This document shows positions 21,055 through 28,040 of a DNA stretch of 64,000 bases, in pieces. The notes under the pieces were generated by a model. It did no database searches. It worked only from the letters and a program-made list of their open reading frames with translations, and was not told the origin of the DNA. How positions within the stretch are numbered: position 1 is the first letter of the stretch; each line of letters begins with the position of its first letter. The position numbers were made by a program, and so were the translations under genes. Source of the DNA: an uncultured Gammaproteobacteria bacterium. GTDB lineage: Bacteria; Patescibacteriota; Patescibacteriia; UBA9934. The stretch spans positions 21,803-85,802 of the forward strand of contig CAYJQH010000002.1 of assembly GCA_964372415.1 (NCBI GenBank). Reading direction: 5' to 3'.

Positions 21055-21169
21055 AGTTTCGTCAGTTACGAGGAGGAGACGAGTAAGGGCGAGGCGTACT
21101 GATAAGTACGGTGAGTCCGACGGAGTCGACGACGAAGTAAATGGCGAAACTTGGATACGTTTTCTATAC
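21055..21169 (+). ncRNA. Conserved tRNA-abutting element, copy 1 (candidate structured leader or ncRNA)
   Basis: Shares the blocks CGAGGAG…GAGGCGTAC-loop-GTACGGTGA…CCGGAGTCG…ACTTGGATA…TAC with 34156-34307 and 26277-26369, and ends exactly at the tRNA-Gln 5' end. The hairpin stem covaries between copies (GTACT/AGTAC versus GTAGT/ACTAC). Confidence 0.5.
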
Positions 21170-21243
21170 TCCGGGATCGTCTAAGGGCAGGACAGCGGCC
21201 TTTGAAGCCGTGAATCTTGGTTCGAATCCAAGTCCCGGAACCA
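21170..21243 (+). tRNA. tRNA-Gln (anticodon TTG), CCA encoded
   Basis: Manual cloverleaf: acceptor TCCGGGA/TCCCGGA, anticodon loop CTTTGAA, T-arm CTTGG-TTCGAAT-CCAAG. Confidence 0.85.
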
Positions 21244-21246
21244 AAA

Positions 21247-21280
21247 AACCTCGACACAATTTCGAGGTTTTTTGTTTTTG
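21247..21280 (+). terminator. Rho-independent terminator after tRNA-Gln
   Basis: Hairpin AACCTCGACACAATTTCGAGGTT followed by TTTTTGTTTTT. Confidence 0.7.
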
Positions 21281-21417
21281 AGTTTAAGAATTTAGTATTC
21301 GAGACGAGTTTGGGTGAATGGGGAAGATTTTTCCGAAGCGTAGTTCATGCTACGGTGAGGAAAAATCGGGGCCCCATGAGGCCAAAATTGGCCGAATAAT
21401 AAATTCTCCAAAAAGAA

Positions 21418-21455
21418 GCGCCCCGGCCAGTCTGACGACTGGTCGGGGCACGTGA
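21418..21455 (-). terminator. Rho-independent terminator of the 519-aa gene
   Basis: GC hairpin CCCCGGCCAGTC…GACTGGTCGGGG, followed on the minus strand by a TTCTTTTT run. Confidence 0.6.
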
Positions 21456-21465
21456 CGGTGACCGG

Positions 21466-23025
21466 TTAGAGGTCGTCGAGATCGTTCGACATGTCCTCGA
21501 CCGGCACGGCTTCGTCTTCGACGAAGTCAACCGAGGTGGCCATGGTCCGCCGGATGGCGGTCTCCACAGCCTCGGCGATCTCCTCGTTTGAGAGCAGGGA
21601 CGGACGCTGCGGGTGCGACAGCGACCCGTTCAGCAACATGCCCGCCTCGACGAAGAAATACCAGTGCTGCGCCGGCTCCGGCAGATCTCGGCCGGCCGCC
21701 TCGCCATTATGGAAGTTGTCGATGATCCGCCGAACGTCAGACACGAGGTCAGCATGATCGATCCTGACCTCGGACCAACCGGCGCGTCGGGCCTCGGCGA
21801 GAGCGATCTCCTCGGCGATCTCCCAGATCTGCTGCTTGTTGTCATCGGACGTGAAGACGCTCACGTTGCCGCTCGATCGACGGATGACGACCACCTGAGC
21901 CTGATGCACGCTCCGAAGCCACGAGCTCATCTTTCGGAGATTCGTCTCGGCGAAGGCCACTCGCACCCCAGAAATCTGGCGCAAGAGGCCGTTATTTTCC
22001 TGGAAGGATTGTGCGCATTCCTCTTGAAACTCGCGAGCACTCGCCAAGTAGCAGTTGAAGATCTTGAAGACCTTCCGGCCAAGCTCCTCCGGGGACATCT
22101 TGCCCCAAATGTTCAAAGCCGTGACCACGGAGTCGAGCTCGAACGGCAACTGCTTGCGGTCCGGCTCGCGGTACCGCTTGAGCTCCCTTAGAAGGTAGCG
22201 CAAGAGCTTGGCCTCACGATCCTCCACCCTCTTGAAGTTGAGGCCAAAGAACTTGGCCACCTCGTCCGCCGTCGTGGACGGCGGAAAGTGTCCGCCTTCA
22301 ATATCCACGAAGATGGTTCGCGGATTCTCCAGGTACTCTCTCAGGGTTTCCGCGTCCGCGTAGACGAGCTGCGGCTCGTTCAGATACCGCCCGACGATCC
22401 AAGCCTTGGCCAATCCATTCAAGGTGGCGTAGGCCGGAACCACGATAGTCGGTCGACGGAGCTTGCGCATGGCTTCGGCCGTCATCGGCTCGGAAGCCGT
22501 AGACAGAGCGAGGGGCACAGTGAGCGGTCGCGCCATGGGCTGACAGCTCGCGCCATAAAGATGCGCATTGACCACGGCCTCGATCCAGTTGAAGACCCAC
22601 AAGTCGTCGACCTTCTGGTCCTTGCCCCACCATTCGAGCGTCTTGACCACCTCCCCCCATTCGAGGCGAGTTTGTCCGGACACTGCACCCTGGTCATCCT
22701 TGCGCGTGTCAGCGCGGCGAATTTCCGAAAGCAGCGTCTTGTACTCGGATCTGTCGAACAGTCCAAGTTCCTTGGCGGTCAGAGTGGCGGCGCACTCGCC
22801 GGGCAATCGGCCATCCAGCCGGTGCTCGTCAAACATTCCGCCACCAATGCCGATCAGGGCCACCGTGGAGTCACCAAGAAAGGTGCGCTTGGCGCGCTCC
22901 TCATCCCAGAACTCCACCGTGGCTTCAGGATTGGCCCGGCGGATGAGCGCCGCGGCCACGTGCTCGTCGGCATGTGCCCCTCGGTGGGAAACGGCCAGCC
23001 TGAGCTTGAGCGGATCGAGAGCCAT
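21466..23025 (-). CDS. GC-rich hypothetical protein with an N-terminal MYG1/UPF0160-like metal-dependent hydrolase motif and an acidic C-terminal tail
   Basis: 519 aa. N-terminal VSHRGAHADEH…IGIGGGMFDEHR resembles the HxGxFHADE…GG.YD..HH pattern of the MYG1 family. AGGAG lies 8 nt upstream of the ATG. GC content is much higher than in the neighbouring genes. Confidence 0.45.
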   Translation of the reverse strand: MALDPLKLRLAVSHRGAHADEHVAAALIRRANPEATVEFWDEERAKRTFLGDSTVALIGIGGGMFDEHRLDGRLPGECAATLTAKELGLFDRSEYKTLLSEIRRADTRKDDQGAVSGQTRLEWGEVVKTLEWWGKDQKVDDLWVFNWIEAVVNAHLYGASCQPMARPLTVPLALSTASEPMTAEAMRKLRRPTIVVPAYATLNGLAKAWIVGRYLNEPQLVYADAETLREYLENPRTIFVDIEGGHFPPSTTADEVAKFFGLNFKRVEDREAKLLRYLLRELKRYREPDRKQLPFELDSVVTALNIWGKMSPEELGRKVFKIFNCYLASAREFQEECAQSFQENNGLLRQISGVRVAFAETNLRKMSSWLRSVHQAQVVVIRRSSGNVSVFTSDDNKQQIWEIAEEIALAEARRAGWSEVRIDHADLVSDVRRIIDNFHNGEAAGRDLPEPAQHWYFFVEAGMLLNGSLSHPQRPSLLSNEEIAEAVETAIRRTMATSVDFVEDEAVPVEDMSNDLDDL

Positions 23026-23144
23026 TTTTCACTCCTACTCTTGTATGTGATGCCGGCAGATTTCCGGCGGTGAATGAACAACGTGCCCAAGCTTGACACA
23101 AAACAGACCTTTTGTCAAGGTTTTTGGCCAACATTAGATATTTT

Positions 23145-24056
23145 TTACGTTTTTAGGTATTTTCGCATAGCCATCCAGGTGGTCACCATACTAAGGAGGG
23201 CCAGGAGTGCGAATTGAGAGCCAAAAATAAGTGGTGCTTGGACCCAAAAATAATCTGAAAGATTTATGTCTACGCCGCTAAAAAAGCGACTAATACTTGG
23301 CTCGAGCGTAGTGAGGACAAGGGCTACAAGGCCGGCTACTAGCACTGTGGCAGCAAAGCTGTAAAGCATGGCCTCAAGTAAGAAGGGTCCACGCACGAGC
23401 CAGTTTTTGGCGCCCACGAGCTTCATGACCGCGATTTCATCCCGATGAACGTAAATGGCCACGCGAATCGTATTGAAAACTATCAGCATGGCAATGAGCG
23501 CAAAAAAGGCGGCTAACCCAAAACCTCCCCAACGAACCTTTTCGGCAAAGTTCGACAACTTAGTAATCACTAACGCGTGATCGGCAAAATTTGTTTCTTT
23601 GATATAGGGTGTGAACTCAGGGCTTTGAACAGCCTCTAAAATAAATGGAAAATCCTCCGGGTCGTGAGCGGAAATAAGAAGCGAATCGCCAATTGGATTG
23701 CCACCCACTTCTTCTAGGGCGGCCAAAATTTCTGGGTCGTCAGCGTGGAGTCGTTTAAAATTCTCAAGTGATGCTTCGGCCTCAATGACGGATACGTCCC
23801 TGACTTGTGGGAGTCCTAAGAGATAGCCCCGAACCGCTGCTTGAATATCGTTACTAGTACCTTGATTAAAGAAAATCTCAACCTGCACGCTTTGCTCTAC
23901 CGAACGTATAGTTGTTTCGGCCAGCACATTTAAAATAAGAACGGCATTTATAGTAATGAGCGTAAGCAGCATCACTGTAGTTGTCACAAAAGACAACCAA
24001 AAATTACGCAAGGCACTTTGCAGAGCAAACTTCACCAAGCGCCACATTTCTTGCAT
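23145..24056 (-). CDS. ftsX: Cell division permease FtsX
   Basis: 303 aa with an N-terminal TM helix, periplasmic domain and C-terminal 3-TM FtsX module. Directly follows ftsE. Confidence 0.8.
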   Translation of the reverse strand: MQEMWRLVKFALQSALRNFWLSFVTTTVMLLTLITINAVLILNVLAETTIRSVEQSVQVEIFFNQGTSNDIQAAVRGYLLGLPQVRDVSVIEAEASLENFKRLHADDPEILAALEEVGGNPIGDSLLISAHDPEDFPFILEAVQSPEFTPYIKETNFADHALVITKLSNFAEKVRWGGFGLAAFFALIAMLIVFNTIRVAIYVHRDEIAVMKLVGAKNWLVRGPFLLEAMLYSFAATVLVAGLVALVLTTLEPSISRFFSGVDINLSDYFWVQAPLIFGSQFALLALLSMVTTWMAMRKYLKT

Positions 24057-24061
24057 AGGTA

Positions 24062-24904
24062 TTAACCAAGATGATAACGACCGTGTTCAGCATCAGCCAC
24101 AATCTTGCCGTCATTTAAAGTAATAACTCGCTTACGAAGCCCATTCACGATATCTCTGTCGTGAGTCACAAGAACGATAGTTGTTCCTACCTCGTGGATG
24201 CGTTTAAAGAGCTCAAGAATATCACGAGCCGTCAAGGTATCGAGGTTTCCTGTCGGCTCATCAGCTATGATGATCTTTGGCCTGTGCACCAAGGCACGGG
24301 CCACTGAGACGCGTTGTTGTTCACCACCAGAAAGCTGTCTTGGGTAACGATGCAATTTATCAGCTAAACCAACGATCTTCATGACTTGCGGCACCACCTG
24401 CCTGATACGGCTCGTTGCTGCTCCGGCAACTTCCAAAGCAAAAGCTACGTTTTCGTAAGCGGTTTTTTTGGGTAATAGTTTATAGTCCTGAAAAACCACA
24501 CCAATCTGACGACGTAAAATTGGTACTTCGTGATACCTGAGACGTGAAATATCCCAATCCCCAACCGAAATCTGCCCATGGGTTGGCTGTTCTTCCGCAA
24601 AAAGAAGTTTAGCTAAAGTTGTTTTTCCGGATCCGCTCGTACCAACAATCGACACGAACTCGCCAGGTTTAATATGAAAACTTACGCCATCCAAAGCGCG
24701 CGTGTCTGGTTGGTAGATTTTACTCACGTTTTTAAACGTAATCACTCGGGCAGTATAGCATGTACGACCGTTGACTAAAAATGAATTTTCAACTAGACTG
24801 GGGCGTCGTTTCTTGGAGGTAATGTTGGATAACGACTCAGAGATCATTCTCGTGAAAAGCAAGTTCGGAGACCGTGAGATCTCCCGGGAAAACGTGGATT
24901 CCAT
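24062..24904 (-). CDS. ftsE: Cell division ATP-binding protein FtsE
   Basis: GTSGSGKTTL…LSGGEQQRVSVAR…[11 protein letters not shown]. The first ~50 aa of the ORF are probably not translated. A GTG at 24745 (VITFKNVSKIY) is the likelier start. Confidence 0.8.
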   Translation of the reverse strand: MESTFSREISRSPNLLFTRMISESLSNITSKKRRPSLVENSFLVNGRTCYTARVITFKNVSKIYQPDTRALDGVSFHIKPGEFVSIVGTSGSGKTTLAKLLFAEEQPTHGQISVGDWDISRLRYHEVPILRRQIGVVFQDYKLLPKKTAYENVAFALEVAGAATSRIRQVVPQVMKIVGLADKLHRYPRQLSGGEQQRVSVARALVHRPKIIIADEPTGNLDTLTARDILELFKRIHEVGTTIVLVTHDRDIVNGLRKRVITLNDGKIVADAEHGRYHLG

Positions 24905-25976
24905 TCTGGATACGCGGATTTTCCGGATTGTCGGTAAGCGGGAGTGGGTGGTAAAGAGCGGTTTCTACGACCGGCCCTTCATCTGCTACAACCGCAGTCA
25001 AGATAGGCACCATGCCTACCAAAACCCGCACACCGCATTTCGAGCCACGGTTTACGCCGATGGCTTCGAGGGGTACGGCGCCGACGACATTCCGGAAGGC
25101 GACCTGCAAAAGCTCAAGGCCTGGCTCGAGCGTCACCGCTACCTGCAGCTCCTTGTGTCCGACGACATGATGCGCGGGCCGGAGCGGGCCATGTTCAACA
25201 GGCTGTGCATCGAGCTCGCGACCAAGATGGGTCGGCCGGTGAACGAGGTCAAACGCGAAATCCTGACTCAGACCATCATTGCCGCCACCCTTGAGGGTGA
25301 AGCGGCAGTCGAGAGCTTGGGCGAGACGATCGGGCTTGATCGGCGACGGATTGCAGAAATCACCGCCATCGGTCGAAACGTCAACTGGCACGGGGCCCTC
25401 ATCGTGCGTGAGATCAGAGAACAAGAAGATCTCATGACGGCCTGCGGCGCCGAGCTGAGCGCCCTTCTCGAAGCCCGTTCAACGCTCTTCGACGACGCGG
25501 CCAGACGCGAAAGTCACCTGAGGAACGTCAAAAACATCGCAACGCTCCTCGGCACGATCAAGGACCGCCCATGGCGAAGCCTGGCACAACGCGACATTCA
25601 GGACCTCGAACAGTACGTCGGCTATGGCTCAACGGGTGTCGAAGCCCTGATCCAGGCCGAACTCTTCCTCCGTCGACCGGTAGCCGCGCACAAGTGCTTC
25701 TACCTGTCGCGCCAGATCAACGTAGTGCTCTATCGGCTGGCCATGGCCGAAGCGAGACAAGGCAACATCCGCTCCGCTCTCCTTGATCGGGGCTACGCCG
25801 AACTCGTCGCCATTCGGGACTCCATCGATCCCGCGACGGGCGAAATCCTGCAGCGCAACCCGCTCTGGAGCGCCCTCGGTCGCATCAACGATGCGCTCCA
25901 TATCTGGCGTGCGAGCAGCAGCCACTTCGAGGACGTTCGCAACCTCCTCCGCCACGCCGCTGCCACGTTCGGCTAG
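24771..25976 (+). CDS. GC-rich hypothetical protein (401 aa), no recognisable domain
   Basis: Long ORF whose codon usage shifts to high GC after about 24880. Followed by a strong terminator. Its start overlaps the dubious N-terminal extension of ftsE on the other strand. Confidence 0.5.
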   Translation: MTKNEFSTRLGRRFLEVMLDNDSEIILVKSKFGDREISRENVDSILDTRIFRIVGKREWVVKSGFYDRPFICYNRSQDRHHAYQNPHTAFRATVYADGFEGYGADDIPEGDLQKLKAWLERHRYLQLLVSDDMMRGPERAMFNRLCIELATKMGRPVNEVKREILTQTIIAATLEGEAAVESLGETIGLDRRRIAEITAIGRNVNWHGALIVREIREQEDLMTACGAELSALLEARSTLFDDAARRESHLRNVKNIATLLGTIKDRPWRSLAQRDIQDLEQYVGYGSTGVEALIQAELFLRRPVAAHKCFYLSRQINVVLYRLAMAEARQGNIRSALLDRGYAELVAIRDSIDPATGEILQRNPLWSALGRINDALHIWRASSSHFEDVRNLLRHAAATFG

Positions 25977-25984
25977 GCATCTCC

Positions 25985-26017
25985 CGGCTCGGACCCCTTG
26001 GTCCGAGCTGCTTTTTA
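25985..26017 (+). terminator. Rho-independent terminator of the 401-aa gene
   Basis: GCTCGGACC-CCTT-GGTCCGAGC followed by TGCTTTTT. Confidence 0.7.
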
Positions 26018-26034
26018 TGTTCGACCTCCCCTCA

Positions 26035-26100
26035 CCCCTCCTTCTTAAGGAGGGGACTGCTCACTGTTTCACCCTTTATAAGGGGGAATGAAGGGGGTCG
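26035..26100. repeat. GC-rich palindromic hairpin element (CCCCTCCTTCTTAAGGAGGGG … CCCTTTATAAGGG … GGGGGAATGAAGGGGG)
   Basis: A near-identical CCCCCTCCATTTATGGAGGGGG…GGGGGTTGGGGGAGG element is found at 62405-62440. Both lie just beyond the terminator of a GC-rich gene. Confidence 0.6.
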
Positions 26101-26107
26101 AACACAA

Positions 26108-26135
26108 AAAGCACATGCCTTCTGGCACGTGCTTT
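26108..26135. terminator. Bidirectional terminator hairpin (GCACATGCC-TTCT-GGCACGTGC, A-run on one side, T-run on the other)
   Basis: Serves the plus-strand 401-aa gene region and the minus-strand tRNA-Thr. Confidence 0.6.
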
Positions 26136-26211
26136 TGGAGCCACTTCCGGGATTTGAACCCGGGACCTCTGCTTTACGAAAGCATTGCTCTACCGCTGAG
26201 CTAAAGTGGCC
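26136..26211 (-). tRNA. tRNA-Thr (anticodon CGT), CCA encoded
   Basis: Reverse complement is GGCCACTTTAGCTCAGCGGTAGAGC…TTCGTAA…GGTCCCGGGTTCAAATCCCGGAAGTGGCTCCA. Confidence 0.85.
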
Positions 26212-26230
26212 TAGAAAACGTATAACCAAA

Positions 26231-26259
26231 TTATCGACCATGAGAAAACTGATTTAAAC
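26231..26259 (-). promoter_or_regulatory. Candidate promoter of tRNA-Thr (TTTAAA-17-GATAAT on the minus strand)
   Basis: Read directly from the sequence. The promoter-proximal sequence TTGGTTATACGTTTTCTA resembles the 3' end of the tRNA-abutting element copies. Confidence 0.35.
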
Positions 26260-26276
26260 GGCCAAATACTAAAAAC

Positions 26277-26369
26277 AGCGAGGAGCGAAGTGAGGCGTAG
26301 TTAATACTACGGTGAACGAGCACCGGAGTCGCGACAACGCAGTTGGTTATTTGAATCAGTTTTTTGTAC
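26277..26369 (+). ncRNA. Conserved tRNA-abutting element, copy 3 (plus strand, ending at the 3' CCA end of the minus-strand tRNA-Gly)
   Basis: AGCGAGGAGCGAAGTGAGGCGTAGTTAATACTACGGTGAACGAGCACCGGAGTCGCGACAACG…TTGGTTA…TTTTTTGTAC. The hairpin carries compensatory changes relative to copies 1 and 2. Confidence 0.45.
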
Positions 26370-26444
26370 TGGAGCAGGAGACGGGACTCGAACCCGCGAC
26401 CCTTTGCTTGGGAAGCAAATGTTCTACCACTGAACTACTCCTGC
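26370..26444 (-). tRNA. tRNA-Gly (anticodon CCC), CCA encoded
   Basis: Reverse complement is GCAGGAGTAGTTCAGTGGTAGAAC…TTCCCAA…GGGTCGCGGGTTCGAGTCCCGTCTCCTGCTCCA. Confidence 0.85.
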
Positions 26445-26593
26445 GTTTTAAGCGCAAAATATATAGCACGATTTTACTATCCAGTCTAGACTAAGTCTCG
26501 GGTTTCTGCTAACCTTTAGCCGCATCGTGATCCCCATGATGCATCAAGCCAACCCTTTCCACTACAGCGCTCCCCGCGCTGAGCGGAGAGTCC

Positions 26594-27124
26594 ATGATCC
26601 TCGAAACCAGGGCGGTAATCCCCCGCCTTTCGCTCCAGTCGCGACTCCCCCGTGCAGCCAGCATCATCCGCCCCAAGCTGACCGATGATGGCAATCTGAT
26701 CTTGATCCTCAACCCCGAGGGTCTGATCCGCATCCATCTCCGCCGTGAGAACGTCGACAATCAGGCTCTCTACGAATGCCTGGTGGTCGACGAAGAAGGC
26801 CGGCCCCTCGAGCTCTTCTTCGGACGCGGCATCTGCGACGCACTCCTCAACGCCTGTGCCCACCTCGTGGAACACGGCGCCGTCATCCTCCCCGTGAGCG
26901 ACGAAGTGCGCGGCAAGTACATCTCGAACGAACGGCATCACAAGTCGGTCCGCCTGAACTTCGACGACACGAAGGACCTGTCCGTCATCGAGGTGATCCG
27001 GCTCCGACTCAACACCTACGAGGTCAAGATCTTCGACGAGCCGCTCCCGGGATTCTTCTCGAACCCCGTGCTCGGCGTCATCGGGGGCCTGTATTACCTC
27101 AAGGCGAAGGGCTACCTCATGTAG
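26594..27124 (+). CDS. GC-rich hypothetical protein (176 aa)
   Basis: ATG preceded by GGAGAG. GC-rich codon usage. Followed by a nested GC hairpin and T-run terminator. The antisense ORF (26516..27169) has an Asp/Glu/Gly/Val-rich composition typical of an artefact. Confidence 0.5.
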   Translation: MILETRAVIPRLSLQSRLPRAASIIRPKLTDDGNLILILNPEGLIRIHLRRENVDNQALYECLVVDEEGRPLELFFGRGICDALLNACAHLVEHGAVILPVSDEVRGKYISNERHHKSVRLNFDDTKDLSVIEVIRLRLNTYEVKIFDEPLPGFFSNPVLGVIGGLYYLKAKGYLM

Positions 27125-27140
27125 CGCCGACTCGTTCCCC

Positions 27141-27190
27141 TCCCGCACTCCCTGGCTCCCCCGAGCCATGGCGTGCGGGAATCTTTTTTT
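27141..27190 (+). terminator. Rho-independent terminator (CCCGCAC…GGCTCCCCCGAGCC…GTGCGGG followed by TCTTTTTTT)
   Basis: Read directly from the sequence. Confidence 0.65.
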
Positions 27191-28040
27191 ACCACACTAA
27201 AACTAGCGGTGGATTAGCTTGTCTTCTTGTGGCAATGATCTCTCCCAAGGTTAATTTTTTAACCGCGATTCCTCTAAACCTTACATACTCTTCACCGTTT
27301 ATTTTTTCTCGGCTAAGTAACTCAACAACCCAGTAAGCTTCTGGTCCACTCAAAATTTCTGAGTGTTCGCTAATCTGAAGAGTGAGCGCCGGCCTTAACC
27401 AGTGCGGCACCTCGCTCACCTTCATGAGCCCTAGATCACCTTTATTTTTAGCTGAAATGTCCTCAGAAAAATACTCCGCCACATCCCTAAACGGCATGCC
27501 GTCATCAATTTTTTTCATGATCTCCTCAAGAGTATTTTTAGCTGCCTCCTGACCAGCATCACCCAAGGCTACCGCCTGTTCCACGCCTTGCGACAAGAGA
27601 AGCGGCGCCACCACAAACTGACGGTAATCGTCTACAGTCCAACCAGCCTGACTAAGTCCTGAAGCAATTAGCTCCTCATTAACTTCATAATGAGCTATAG
27701 CTTCACGGTTAGTAATCACTCCAAGTTCATTGGCTAATTGCTCAATATACAAACGGTGAACACCACTTTTTAAACCTTCGTCGAAAGCTTCTTCGCCTTG
27801 TGCCTGGCCAAATGCTTCTGCCGCTCGAGCAAGTTCTAGGATGGTGCTATAAGATAAAGTTTTTTGGGACGAAGCTTCACCAGCCTTAATAAAAACTGCT
27901 GGCGCAATTACGCCTCTAGCAAAAAGGCGCGCCGGGCCGTGCGTAAAATGAAAAATAAAAAAAGAATAATTAAAAATTGCATAAACAAAAATTACGCTCA
28001 ACAGAAAAAAACCTGCAGGGCGTAATCTCGCGAACTTCAT
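27189..28040 (-). CDS. Membrane-anchored parvulin-type peptidyl-prolyl cis-trans isomerase (PrsA/SurA-like)
   Basis: N-terminal TM helix and a PpiC-type rotamase domain (…FSEDISAKNKGDLGLM…GPEAYWVVELL). Confidence 0.65.
   Translation of the reverse strand: MKFARLRPAGFFLLSVIFVYAIFNYSFFIFHFTHGPARLFARGVIAPAVFIKAGEASSQKTLSYSTILELARAAEAFGQAQGEEAFDEGLKSGVHRLYIEQLANELGVITNREAIAHYEVNEELIASGLSQAGWTVDDYRQFVVAPLLLSQGVEQAVALGDAGQEAAKNTLEEIMKKIDDGMPFRDVAEYFSEDISAKNKGDLGLMKVSEVPHWLRPALTLQISEHSEILSGPEAYWVVELLSREKINGEEYVRFRGIAVKKLTLGEIIATRRQANPPLVLVW

Noticed and set aside
21091-21140. Considered a hammerhead ribozyme (CTGATAAG…GAAA), a small SRP RNA domain IV (CCGGAGT… region) or a group II intron domain V for the tRNA-abutting element
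   Set aside because: The candidate core motifs are not conserved across the three copies. CUGAUGA-like sequence occurs only in copy 1, there is no GGAA tetraloop, and there is no 34-nt domain-V helix. No known family fits on manual inspection.
26516-27169. 217-aa minus-strand ORF antisense to the 176-aa gene, plus the many ORFs (21613-22191, 22288-23073, 22568-23050 and others) antisense to the 519-aa gene and 24837-25424 antisense to the 401-aa gene
   Set aside because: They are GC-rich mirror ORFs with an Asp/Glu/Gly/Arg-dominated composition, no RBS and no terminator. The sense-strand genes have RBSs, terminators and a normal amino-acid composition.
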